Positions 8,720 to 16,047 are shown, counted from the first letter of the stretch. The stretch: DNA of 16,803 bases from an uncultured delta proteobacterium (GCA_963845515.1 CAWJSR010000041.1:1-16803), one strand, 5' to 3'. Numbers and translations: made by a program. The notes: generated from the letters alone by a model not told the origin.

Positions 8720-9528
8720 CAGCTGCTCCCGAGCCTGAGTCGGAGTGCGAGGAGCGCGAACGCGCCGCCGACGCGCGTGAAGTCGGTGGGGCGGCGGTCC
8801 TCCCAGGTGAGGCGGTTCACCAGGTAGATCTCCCATCCCGCCGTGGCCCGCAGCTCCGCGAACCGGGTCACGACGGCGACGCCGGCCATGGGCGCGAGCG
8901 CCAGGTCGCGCGTCTGCGCGTAGGCGTAAGGGTTGCGTCGGTCGCCGCTCCAGCCCTCCAGCTCGTAGCGCGTCACGCCCCAGCGGACGCGCGCCGCGCC
9001 GAACGGCACCAGCTTCACCCCGTCGCCCAGCGTGCGGCTGGTCGCGAGCACCGGGACGAAGCAGAGGTCGTAGCCGCCGCTGAACGGCGCGATGGCCGTG
9101 ACGGTGGTCGCGAGCTTCCAGCCACCTCGGCGGACGAGGTCCACCTGGGCGGCCAGCCCCAGCGCCTCCGGGCCGAGGCTGAGCGCGAGGGAGAGGCGCT
9201 CGACCCCCAGACCGCCGGAGAGGCTCCACCGCGGCGGGAACGCCCGGCGCCGCCAACGCCCGCCGTCGGAGAGCGTCAGCGCGAGCGGAGCAGCGTCGGC
9301 GATCGCCTGGCCGTCGATCCAGAGCTGCACGTCCGGCGCCGAAGGCTCCACGGTGAGTGGGACGCCCGACGCGTGCCCGTCCTCGCGGACGAGCGCCGCG
9401 GCGCCTCCCGGCGTGAGCCCGGCGGCGACCAGCGTGAGCGCGAGCAGCAACGGCGCGAGCCGTTCCGTGGTGAACCCCCTCCTTGAAGAGGCGCCGCCCT
9501 TCACCCGTGACGGGCGCCGCCGCTCCAC
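8719..9528 (-). CDS. Hypothetical exported protein; possible PEGA-like N-terminal module plus outer-membrane beta-barrel
   Basis: Fits exactly between its neighbours (1-nt gap, 1-nt overlap). Hydrophobic signal-like stretch LLLALTLVAAG..AAA. 'LTVEPSAPDVQLWIDG' resembles the PEGA pattern, and the C-terminal half has amphipathic strand-like segments ending LALRLRLG. The start could be GTG 9528 or 9504. Confidence 0.6.
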   Translation of the reverse strand: MERRRPSRVKGGASSRRGFTTERLAPLLLALTLVAAGLTPGGAAALVREDGHASGVPLTVEPSAPDVQLWIDGQAIADAAPLALTLSDGGRWRRRAFPPRWSLSGGLGVERLSLALSLGPEALGLAAQVDLVRRGGWKLATTVTAIAPFSGGYDLCFVPVLATSRTLGDGVKLVPFGAARVRWGVTRYELEGWSGDRRNPYAYAQTRDLALAPMAGVAVVTRFAELRATAGWEIYLVNRLTWEDRRPTDFTRVGGAFALLALRLRLGSS

Positions 9529-9529
9529 A

Positions 9530-10129
9530 TCATTCCACGACCGACCCGTACCCAGCGAAGAGTTCCGCCGTCAGGTAGCGGGTTCCGGGCGGGTCGCGGC
9601 GGGAGCGCGCGCGGACGGGATCGTTGGCGCTCTCGTCGGTCGGCCGCGTGAGGTCCATCCGCAGCCGGACGATCCCCTTCCCGCCGCGGTGGAGGATCCA
9701 GATCCGGTCCCCATCGACGGCCTCGACCACCGACACGTGGGTCCAGCGGTCGCCCAGCTTCCCGTCCCGGTTCCGATCGTAGGTGTCGTGGAAGAAGACC
9801 ATGTCGCCAGGCTCCGGACGCTGCACCTCGCGCGACGCGAGGTGCAGCGACTCGCTCATCGAGCGCGCGGGTCGGAGCGGTCCCAGGTCGACCTCCGCCT
9901 CCCGCATCGCCCACCGCACGAAGGTGGAGCAGTCCCCGGAGAACGAGTGGCCGAGGAGGCTCCGTGCGGCCTCCACGATCCGGCCGCGGGCTCCGTCGGG
10001 AACCTCCAGCGTCGGCGGCCCTCCGGTGGACTCCTCCGGCTGCTCGGCGGCGGCCCAGCGTGGCGGCGCGTAGGCGTAGCAGGCCGCGAGCGCGGGCAGG
10101 GCGAGCAGCGCTCGGCGGACGAAGCTCAC
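9530..10129 (-). CDS. NlpC/P60 (CHAP-like) cysteine peptidase lipoprotein (199 aa)
   Basis: GTG 10129 overlaps the upstream stop. Lipobox LAA-C. Catalytic 'GDCSTFV', 'PEPGDMVFF', 'THVSVV' and a second His in 'ILHRG'. It is the 3' end of track ORF 9530..13042. Confidence 0.85.
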   Translation of the reverse strand: MSFVRRALLALPALAACYAYAPPRWAAAEQPEESTGGPPTLEVPDGARGRIVEAARSLLGHSFSGDCSTFVRWAMREAEVDLGPLRPARSMSESLHLASREVQRPEPGDMVFFHDTYDRNRDGKLGDRWTHVSVVEAVDGDRIWILHRGGKGIVRLRMDLTRPTDESANDPVRARSRRDPPGTRYLTAELFAGYGSVVE

Positions 10130-10755
10130 CGGGCGGGCGGCTCCTGCGCGAGCCGCGCGAGCTGCCGATCCTGGGTGCGGGCGAGGAGCGCCTGCGCGAG
10201 CAGCGCGCCGGTGAAGGCGAGGAACATGTCCCACTGCGTGTCCCACGGATCGCCTTGCGTGCCGAGGAACGCCTCGGCCCCCTGGCCGAGCAGCAGCGCG
10301 GCCCACCACTCCACGAACTCGTAGATGGCGGAGACGGCCAGCGCCACCGCCGTGACCAGCGTGAAGAGCCAGCGCCCCGGCCGCAGCGGCGACGTGCGCA
10401 GCAGCACCTCCCGCGCGACGAGCGCCGGGACGAAGCCCTGCATCAGGTGGCCGACCCGGTCGTAGTGGTTGCGCGCGAGCCCGAGCGCGTCCCTGACCCA
10501 GAAGCCGAGCGGCACCTCCGCGTAGGTGTAGCGGCCCCCCAGCGAGAGGACGCACGCGTGGACGGCGACGAGGCCATAGAGGAGTGGCGTGAGCGGGAAG
10601 CGCCTGCGCGTCGCCCAGAGGATCGGCACCGCGATGAGCACCGGCGCCACCTCCATCCACCAGGTCGCCCGGTCCTTCGGCGCGACGCCGGAGATCACGA
10701 CCGCGAGCGCCGCGACCGCGATCATGATCCGGAACGCCCTCTCGGAGTCCTTCAC
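10126..10755 (-). CDS. DUF2238 (YjdF-like) inner membrane protein (209 aa)
   Basis: GTG 10755. Family motifs 'TWWME', 'GGRYTYAEVPLG', 'RNHYDRVGH..QGFVPA', 'SAIYEFVEW' and 'FLGTQGDPWDTQWDM'. Several TM helices. Confidence 0.9.
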   Translation of the reverse strand: MKDSERAFRIMIAVAALAVVISGVAPKDRATWWMEVAPVLIAVPILWATRRRFPLTPLLYGLVAVHACVLSLGGRYTYAEVPLGFWVRDALGLARNHYDRVGHLMQGFVPALVAREVLLRTSPLRPGRWLFTLVTAVALAVSAIYEFVEWWAALLLGQGAEAFLGTQGDPWDTQWDMFLAFTGALLAQALLARTQDRQLARLAQEPPAR

Positions 10756-11717
10756 CTGTCGTCTCCCTTCGTCTCGCCCGGATGGTACCGGAGGAGCCGG
10801 CAACGGATCCCTCCATTGCGCACCTCCATGTCCGCGGAGGTCGGTGCGGGGAGGAGCTTCTCGTACCCGCGCTCCGGGGCGATGATCGCCACCTCCCAGC
10901 CCGCGAGCCGCGGCAGGAGCGCCGCGAGCGCGCGCCACGAGCCCGCGGTCTCCTCGTCCAGCCTGATGCCGTACGGAGGGTTGACGGCGCAGAGCCCGGG
11001 CGCCGGGGGGATCGCCGCCTCGGCAGCGTCGAGCCGCTCGAACCTGATCGCGTCGGCGACGCCCGCGGCCGCGGCGTTCTTCTGCGCGAGCCGGAGCGCG
11101 CCCGCGTTGCGGTCGGAGGCGTGGATCGGTGACGGGATCTGGCGGGCCAGGGCGGCGAGTCGCTTCCGCACGCGCGCGGTGCGCGCGGCGTCGTGGCCCG
11201 GGAGACCCTCGAAGGCGAAGGTGCGGCCGAGCCCCGGTGCGCGCCCTGCCGCGATGAGCGCCGCCTCGATCGCGAGCGTCCCCGAGCCGCACATCGGGTC
11301 GAGGAACGGGCGGCTCCCGTCGTGGCCGCAGGCGAGCAGGAGGCCGGCCGCCAGCGTCTCGCGCAGCGGCGCAGCGCCGATCCGCGCCCGCCAGCCGCGC
11401 TTGAAGAGCGGCGCGCCGACGGCGTCGAACGAGATGACGAGCCGCCCCCCGTCGCGCCGGAAGACGATGTCCGCGCGGTCGCCCGCGATCCTGTGCGCCT
11501 CGCGCTTCCCCTCGTCGGCGTCGCGCTCGGGTCCCTCCCAGAGCCGGAGCAGCACGCCGTCCGCGACGCGCGAGCCGAGGCATGAGAGCGCGACGGCGTC
11601 CTCACCGGAGGCCTCGGCGCCACCAGCGACGGGGCGCGCCTCGAGCCCGAGCGACCGCAGCTCGGCGGCGAGGGTGGGCTCGAGCCCGGGTGCGCACGCC
11701 GCGAAGACTCGCTCCAC
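10752..11717 (-). CDS. RlmL/YpsC-like class I SAM-dependent RNA methyltransferase (321 aa), THUMP region apparently shortened
   Basis: GTG 11717 (VERVFAACAPGLE..LAAEL). Motifs 'PLFKRGWR..APLRETLAAGLL', SAM-binding 'FLDPMCGSGTLAIEAA..APG' and catalytic 'NPPYG'. Confidence 0.88.
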   Translation of the reverse strand: MERVFAACAPGLEPTLAAELRSLGLEARPVAGGAEASGEDAVALSCLGSRVADGVLLRLWEGPERDADEGKREAHRIAGDRADIVFRRDGGRLVISFDAVGAPLFKRGWRARIGAAPLRETLAAGLLLACGHDGSRPFLDPMCGSGTLAIEAALIAAGRAPGLGRTFAFEGLPGHDAARTARVRKRLAALARQIPSPIHASDRNAGALRLAQKNAAAAGVADAIRFERLDAAEAAIPPAPGLCAVNPPYGIRLDEETAGSWRALAALLPRLAGWEVAIIAPERGYEKLLPAPTSADMEVRNGGIRCRLLRYHPGETKGDDR

Positions 11718-11723
11718 GGCCGG

Positions 11724-11729
11724 ATGGTA
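11724..11729 (-). promoter_or_regulatory. Candidate -10 element (TACCAT) for a leaderless transcript of the methyltransferase operon
   Basis: TACCAT ends 6 nt before the GTG at 11717, with no Shine-Dalgarno in between. Confidence 0.45.
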
Positions 11730-11827
11730 GCCGAAGCCGGGCGGCGCCGAGCGGGAGAGTCGGGTGCAAGTGGACGCTTCGGCGCCTTGCCGCCACCGCG
11801 CCCCTCGGGCATCCTCCGCCCTCGGAT

Positions 11828-12991
11828 ATGTCCCTCGACGAGCGTCGGATCGCCTTCCTCGCCTTCCACGACGAGTCCCACGCCTTTCACTTCGGCCCGG
11901 TCCTCTTCGAGCTGGCGGCGCTGCCGGGCGTCCGGGTCGACGCCTACTGCGACGAGCCGCTCGAGCGGCTCCTTCGCGGCATCGGGGAGCGGTACCCGGC
12001 GTCGGAGAGGCTCCGCTTCCTGCGGCTCCCGGTGACGGCCGGCGCGCGGCTGCGCGGGCTGCTGCGCGGCGACAGGACGACCCGCGTTCTCCCGTGGGCG
12101 CACCTGCCGCGGCTCGCCCGCGAGTACGACGCCGTGGTCCTTCCCTGCAACTACCTGCGCCGGCGCGCGCGCCAGGTGGCGCGCGGGGCACGTCTTGGCG
12201 CGCGGGCCGCGCTCGTCTTCGTGCCGCACGGCGGCACCGCTGCCGCGGTCCCATTCGCGGAGGGGGCCGACTTCGCGCTCGCCTTCGGCGCCGCGATGGA
12301 GCGCGGCTTCCGCGAGCTCGGCGTCCCGTGCCGGGAGGTGGGCTACCCCAAGCTCGACCTCCCGCGCAGGCCCGCGGAGCGGCTCTTCGCCGAGGATCGT
12401 CCAGTGATCCTCTACAACCCGCACTGGCGGATCGCGCCGTCGTGGCCGCGCTGGGGCGAGCGGGTCCTCGAGCTCTTCGCCTCGAGCCGCGACTTCAACC
12501 TGGTCTTCGCCCCGCACGTGAACCTCTTCGACCGGCGCGCCGACGTCTCCGCCCTCGCGCGCTTCCGAGGGCTGCCCAACGTCCACCTGGACGTCGACGG
12601 TCCACGGCTGCTCGACCTCTCGTACGCGACGATCGCCGACCTCTACCTCGGCGACTCCAGCTCGCAGCTCTTCGAGGTGCTCGCGCTGCGGCGGCGCCCG
12701 TGCGTCTTCCTGGATCCCCACCGGATCAGCGCCGGCGCGACGCCGGACGAGAAGGCGGTGCGGCTGGGTCCGCACGGCCGGATCGCCCTGGCCGACGGCT
12801 GGCGCTGCGGCGAGGTCGTCACGCGCTTCGAGGACTTGCCGGCGGCGCTGGCGCGCGCGCTCGCGGACCCGGCGGCGTACCTGGCCGCGCAGGACGCGGC
12901 CGTCGCGGACCAGTTCGTGCTCACCGACGTCCCCTCGGGCCGGCGCGGCGCTGCGGCGATCCTGGAGTGGTCCCGGCTCCGCCAGCGGTGA
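11828..12991 (+). CDS. CDP-glycerol glycerophosphotransferase (TagF/TagB-like, GT-B fold) family protein (387 aa)
   Basis: ATG 11828. Ordered motifs VPHG, VGYPKLD, ILYNPHW, FAPH and ADLYLGDSSS correspond to TagF-family WHG, GYPRND, LYAPTW, KxHP and DxLITDYSS. Confidence 0.72.
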   Translation: MSLDERRIAFLAFHDESHAFHFGPVLFELAALPGVRVDAYCDEPLERLLRGIGERYPASERLRFLRLPVTAGARLRGLLRGDRTTRVLPWAHLPRLAREYDAVVLPCNYLRRRARQVARGARLGARAALVFVPHGGTAAAVPFAEGADFALAFGAAMERGFRELGVPCREVGYPKLDLPRRPAERLFAEDRPVILYNPHWRIAPSWPRWGERVLELFASSRDFNLVFAPHVNLFDRRADVSALARFRGLPNVHLDVDGPRLLDLSYATIADLYLGDSSSQLFEVLALRRRPCVFLDPHRISAGATPDEKAVRLGPHGRIALADGWRCGEVVTRFEDLPAALARALADPAAYLAAQDAAVADQFVLTDVPSGRRGAAAILEWSRLRQR

Positions 12992-13022
12992 CGGCGGGCC
13001 GCCGGCGCGGTAGAACGGCCGC

Positions 13023-13319
13023 ATGTACGCCATCGCACTCATCCGCTACCGCAAGTCGCTCGACGAGGTCGCCGCCGCGACCGACTCCCACCGGGCCTAC
13101 CTAAAGGAGCTGAAGGCGGCCGGGACGCTCGTCGCCTCCGGTCCGTTCGAGCCCCGCTACGGCGGCGCAGTGATCCTCCGCGTGCCCGACGAGGGCTGGG
13201 CGGCGAAGCTCGAGGCCATCCGCGACGCCGACCCCTTCGTCAGGGGAGGCACCGCGCAGTGGGAGCTGCTCGGGTGGAACCCGGTCATCGGCAAGGAAGG
13301 GTTGGACGGGATCGCCTAG
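13023..13319 (+). CDS. YciI family protein (98 aa)
   Basis: 'HRAYL..L...G.LVASGP', 'GGAVI' and 'DPFVRGG' match the YciI pattern. Size is typical. Confidence 0.88.
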   Translation: MYAIALIRYRKSLDEVAAATDSHRAYLKELKAAGTLVASGPFEPRYGGAVILRVPDEGWAAKLEAIRDADPFVRGGTAQWELLGWNPVIGKEGLDGIA

Positions 13320-13461
13320 GCGCACCTCGGGCGGGATCCACAGCGATCTCGCGCCGTCAACAAATTTGCCTTCGGGATCCAGGTCCGCTACCTTGCGGTA
13401 TCGCTGCAAGATCCTGGGATCACGCGGGATCTCTCACGGGCGGCGGGTGGGTGGTGCGGGT
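13320..13461 (+). promoter_or_regulatory. Upstream/promoter region of the pomYZX operon, GATC-rich
   Basis: 142-bp intergenic stretch with locally higher AT (gtcaacaaatttgcc), six GATC sites and an imperfect inverted repeat cttgcgg-tatcg-ctgcaag (13392-13410). Confidence 0.45.
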
Positions 13462-15090
13462 ATGGACGGGCGGGCTCCGGGGGACAGATCCATCGATCCA
13501 GCGGGGCTGCTGCGCGGCGCGCTCGAGAAGATCGTCTTCTTCGAGTGCCGGGTGTCGCAGCTGGAGTCGGAGCTCCGCGCCGCGGTCCAGACGGCGGAGC
13601 GTGCGAGCGCCGACGCGTCGTCTACCCACCGCAAGGCGGTCGAGCTGGAAGGTGCGCTCGCCGCGGCGCGCGGCGCGCGCGAAGAGTCGCAGCGGCGTGC
13701 GGGTGAGCTCTCCGAGCGGGTGAGGCTCCTCGAGGGCGAGCGCGAGCGGCTCATCGCGGGGCTGGTCGAGCAGGCGCGCCTCGCGGGGGCTCCGGGGAGC
13801 GAGGGCGACGGCTCCGGCGACCAGGCGGACCTCGCCGGCTTCATCGCCGAGCTGCGCGGGGAGCTCGAGGAGCTGCGGAGGTTCAAGGCGACGGTGGAGG
13901 GGGTGGCCACGACTCCCGCCGTGAGGGCGCCGAGCGCCGGCCATGCCAGCGTGGGGGAGCTCGGAGATCGCTTCGCCGCCGAGGGGCGCGCCAGCCTGAC
14001 CGCGCGCGACGCCGGCACGCTGCGCAGCCAGCTCACCACCGAGAGCGACCGCGTCCTCTTCGAGGATGCGGTCGAGCGGCTGCGGTCCACCGAGCCCGCC
14101 GCGCGGCTGCGGGCGGTGCGCCGGCTGGAGGCGCTCGGCCCCAGGGCGGCGGCGCCGCTCCTCGCCGCCGCAGTAGGCAGGGAGCCTGACGCCGAGGTGA
14201 AGGTCGCGCTGCTTGGAGCCCTCGCCCGCGTCGACGAGCCGTTCGCCGCGGATCTGGCCGGCGCCGCCTTCGAGGACGCGAGGCCGGCGGTCCGAGCGGC
14301 TGCCCTCGACGCGCTCGCGAGGCTGGCGCCCGACCTCGCCGAGGTGAAGGTGCTCGCGGCAATGGGGGACGGGAGCCCGATCGTCCGCCGTCGCGCCTCG
14401 CTCCTGCTCGCCTTCTCGAAGAGCGCGCAGGCCGACGAGGCGCTCGCCGCTGCGCTGCGCGACCCTGACGGTGGCGTCGCCCGCGCCGCTGCCGCGGCGC
14501 TCTCCGGCCGCCCCACGGCGGCGGCGCAGCACTCGCTCGCCAGGGCGCTGGAGCACGCGGACGCAGGGGTGCGCCGGTCGGCCGCGGAGACGCTCGGCCG
14601 CTGGAGCGGCGAGCGCGTGGACGGGGACGCCCCGGACCACGAGCGGCGCCGGGCCGCGCGCCGGATCGCCGAGCGGCTCGCCGCCATGGCGCCGGCGGAG
14701 GTGCGGAGCGCGGTGATGGGCGCCGCGGAGCACGGACGGGCGCCCGCGCTGGTGGTACACAGGTACGCCGCCCAGGCGGTGAAGCGGGCGACGGTGAAGC
14801 CGGCGGCCACGGTGGTGGCGAGGCCGGTCGGCCGCGTGGCGGTCGCCGAGGTCGAGAGCCAGGTCACCCATGAGAGCGCTCGCGCGGGGAGGAAGAGCGA
14901 TCCCGGTCCGTCCGCGGGTGGCCTCGAGTCGGCGATCGTCGCCGAGCTCCGCGCCGCGCTGCGGGGCAGGGCGGTCGGTGAGCTCGCCGGGTTGCTCTCG
15001 GCGTCGCCGGGCAGGATCGAAGAGTCGCTGAGCGGGCTCGCCGCGCGCGGCGCTGTCGTCGCGCGCGGGCCACGCTGGTACGTGGGCTAG
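13462..15090 (+). CDS. pomY: PomY-like cell-division positioning protein: N-terminal coiled coil, HEAT repeats, low-complexity linker, small C-terminal domain (542 aa)
   Basis: ATG 13462. Coiled coil 'LEKIVFFECRVSQLESEL..'. HEAT-PBS-type repeats (PAVRAAALDAL, PIVRRRA, AGVRRSAAETL). Sits directly upstream of a PomZ-type ParA, as in Myxococcus xanthus. Confidence 0.8.
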   Translation: MDGRAPGDRSIDPAGLLRGALEKIVFFECRVSQLESELRAAVQTAERASADASSTHRKAVELEGALAAARGAREESQRRAGELSERVRLLEGERERLIAGLVEQARLAGAPGSEGDGSGDQADLAGFIAELRGELEELRRFKATVEGVATTPAVRAPSAGHASVGELGDRFAAEGRASLTARDAGTLRSQLTTESDRVLFEDAVERLRSTEPAARLRAVRRLEALGPRAAAPLLAAAVGREPDAEVKVALLGALARVDEPFAADLAGAAFEDARPAVRAAALDALARLAPDLAEVKVLAAMGDGSPIVRRRASLLLAFSKSAQADEALAAALRDPDGGVARAAAAALSGRPTAAAQHSLARALEHADAGVRRSAAETLGRWSGERVDGDAPDHERRRAARRIAERLAAMAPAEVRSAVMGAAEHGRAPALVVHRYAAQAVKRATVKPAATVVARPVGRVAVAEVESQVTHESARAGRKSDPGPSAGGLESAIVAELRAALRGRAVGELAGLLSASPGRIEESLSGLAARGAVVARGPRWYVG

Positions 15091-15099
15091 GGGAATCGA

Positions 15100-16047
15100 A
15101 TGGAGAATGTCCGTTACAGCTCGAAGCGGCTCGCCGAGATCGTCGGCGCGACGCAGCGGCAGGTCGAGGTGGCGCTGGGGCGCAAGGACGGCTTCGCCCC
15201 CGCCGATCTCCCCATCCTTCGCGACAAGCTGAACAAGCGCCCGCCTCCGTTCCCGCCGCGCGTCGAGCTCTTCCTCAACTTCAAGGGCGGGACGGGGAAG
15301 ACCAGCCTCTCGTCCTCTTACGCCTACCGGCTCGCGGAGCGCGGCTACCGGGTCCTCGTCATCGACCTCGACAGCCAGGGGCACGCCACGAAGTGCCTCG
15401 GGCAGGAGGGCTCCGAGCACACCCGGACGCTCTACGACGCGCTCATCCGCAAGACGCCGCTCACCGAGCTGACCGTGAAGACCGGGATGCCGGGGCTCGA
15501 CCTCGTCCCGGCCAACCTGGCGATGAGCACCATCGACCTGGCGCTCATGCCGCTCGCCGGGCGCGAGTTCCGGCTCCGGAACGCGCTGAAGGACGTCGAG
15601 GGGAAGTACGACTTCGTCGTGATGGACGCGCCGCCGTCCTTCGGCCTGCTGAACCTCAACGCCCTCATGGCGGCCAGCGACCTGATCATCCCCGTGCTCG
15701 CCGACTTCCTGTCCTACGACGGGCTGCGCCTCCTCTTCGAGACGGTCCAGGGGCTCGAGACCGATCTCTCGCACCAGCTGGAGCACATCTTCATCGTCGT
15801 CAACGCGTACAACCAGACCTTCCGCATCGCCCGGGAGGCGCTGGACGCGCTGAAGACGCACTACGGCGACTACCTCCTCGACGGCGTCGTGCGCCAGTGC
15901 ACCAAGTTCGCGCAGGCGTCGAGCGAGGGCTGCCCCATCTTCGGGTACGATCCCGACTCCAAGGGGGCGACCGACATCGAGGCGGTGCAGCAGGAGATCC
16001 TGGGGCGCATCAAGGCCTCGGTCGTCGCCACCGCCGCGGGAGCTTGA
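15100..16047 (+). CDS. pomZ: PomZ (AgmE) ParA/MinD-family ATPase (315 aa)
   Basis: Deviant Walker A 'LFLNFKGGTGKTS', 'IDLDSQGHATKCLG', 'DAPPSFGLLNLNALMAA' and 'RQCTKFAQASSEG', which I recognise from M. xanthus PomZ. Flanked by pomY- and pomX-like genes, with no parB adjacent. Confidence 0.9.
   Translation: MENVRYSSKRLAEIVGATQRQVEVALGRKDGFAPADLPILRDKLNKRPPPFPPRVELFLNFKGGTGKTSLSSSYAYRLAERGYRVLVIDLDSQGHATKCLGQEGSEHTRTLYDALIRKTPLTELTVKTGMPGLDLVPANLAMSTIDLALMPLAGREFRLRNALKDVEGKYDFVVMDAPPSFGLLNLNALMAASDLIIPVLADFLSYDGLRLLFETVQGLETDLSHQLEHIFIVVNAYNQTFRIAREALDALKTHYGDYLLDGVVRQCTKFAQASSEGCPIFGYDPDSKGATDIEAVQQEILGRIKASVVATAAGA

Noticed and set aside
9530..13042. 1170-aa - strand ORF as one giant protein
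   Set aside because: Only the last 199 codons (from GTG 10129) look like a protein. The rest overlaps three better-supported genes in other frames or on the other strand.
13320..13461. Replication origin (GATC cluster, one DnaA-box-like 9-mer)
   Set aside because: Only one box with two mismatches, no extended AT-rich unwinding element and no dnaA/dnaN nearby. Kept only as a possible regulatory region.
13420..15861. 813-aa - strand ORF and other antisense ORFs over pomY/pomZ
   Set aside because: Antisense shadows of strongly GC3-biased genes, with no recognisable domains.
15100..16047. Plasmid or prophage partition ParA indicating a mobile element
   Set aside because: No parB, rep, integrase or phage genes. 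The sequence and flanking genes match chromosomal pomZ.
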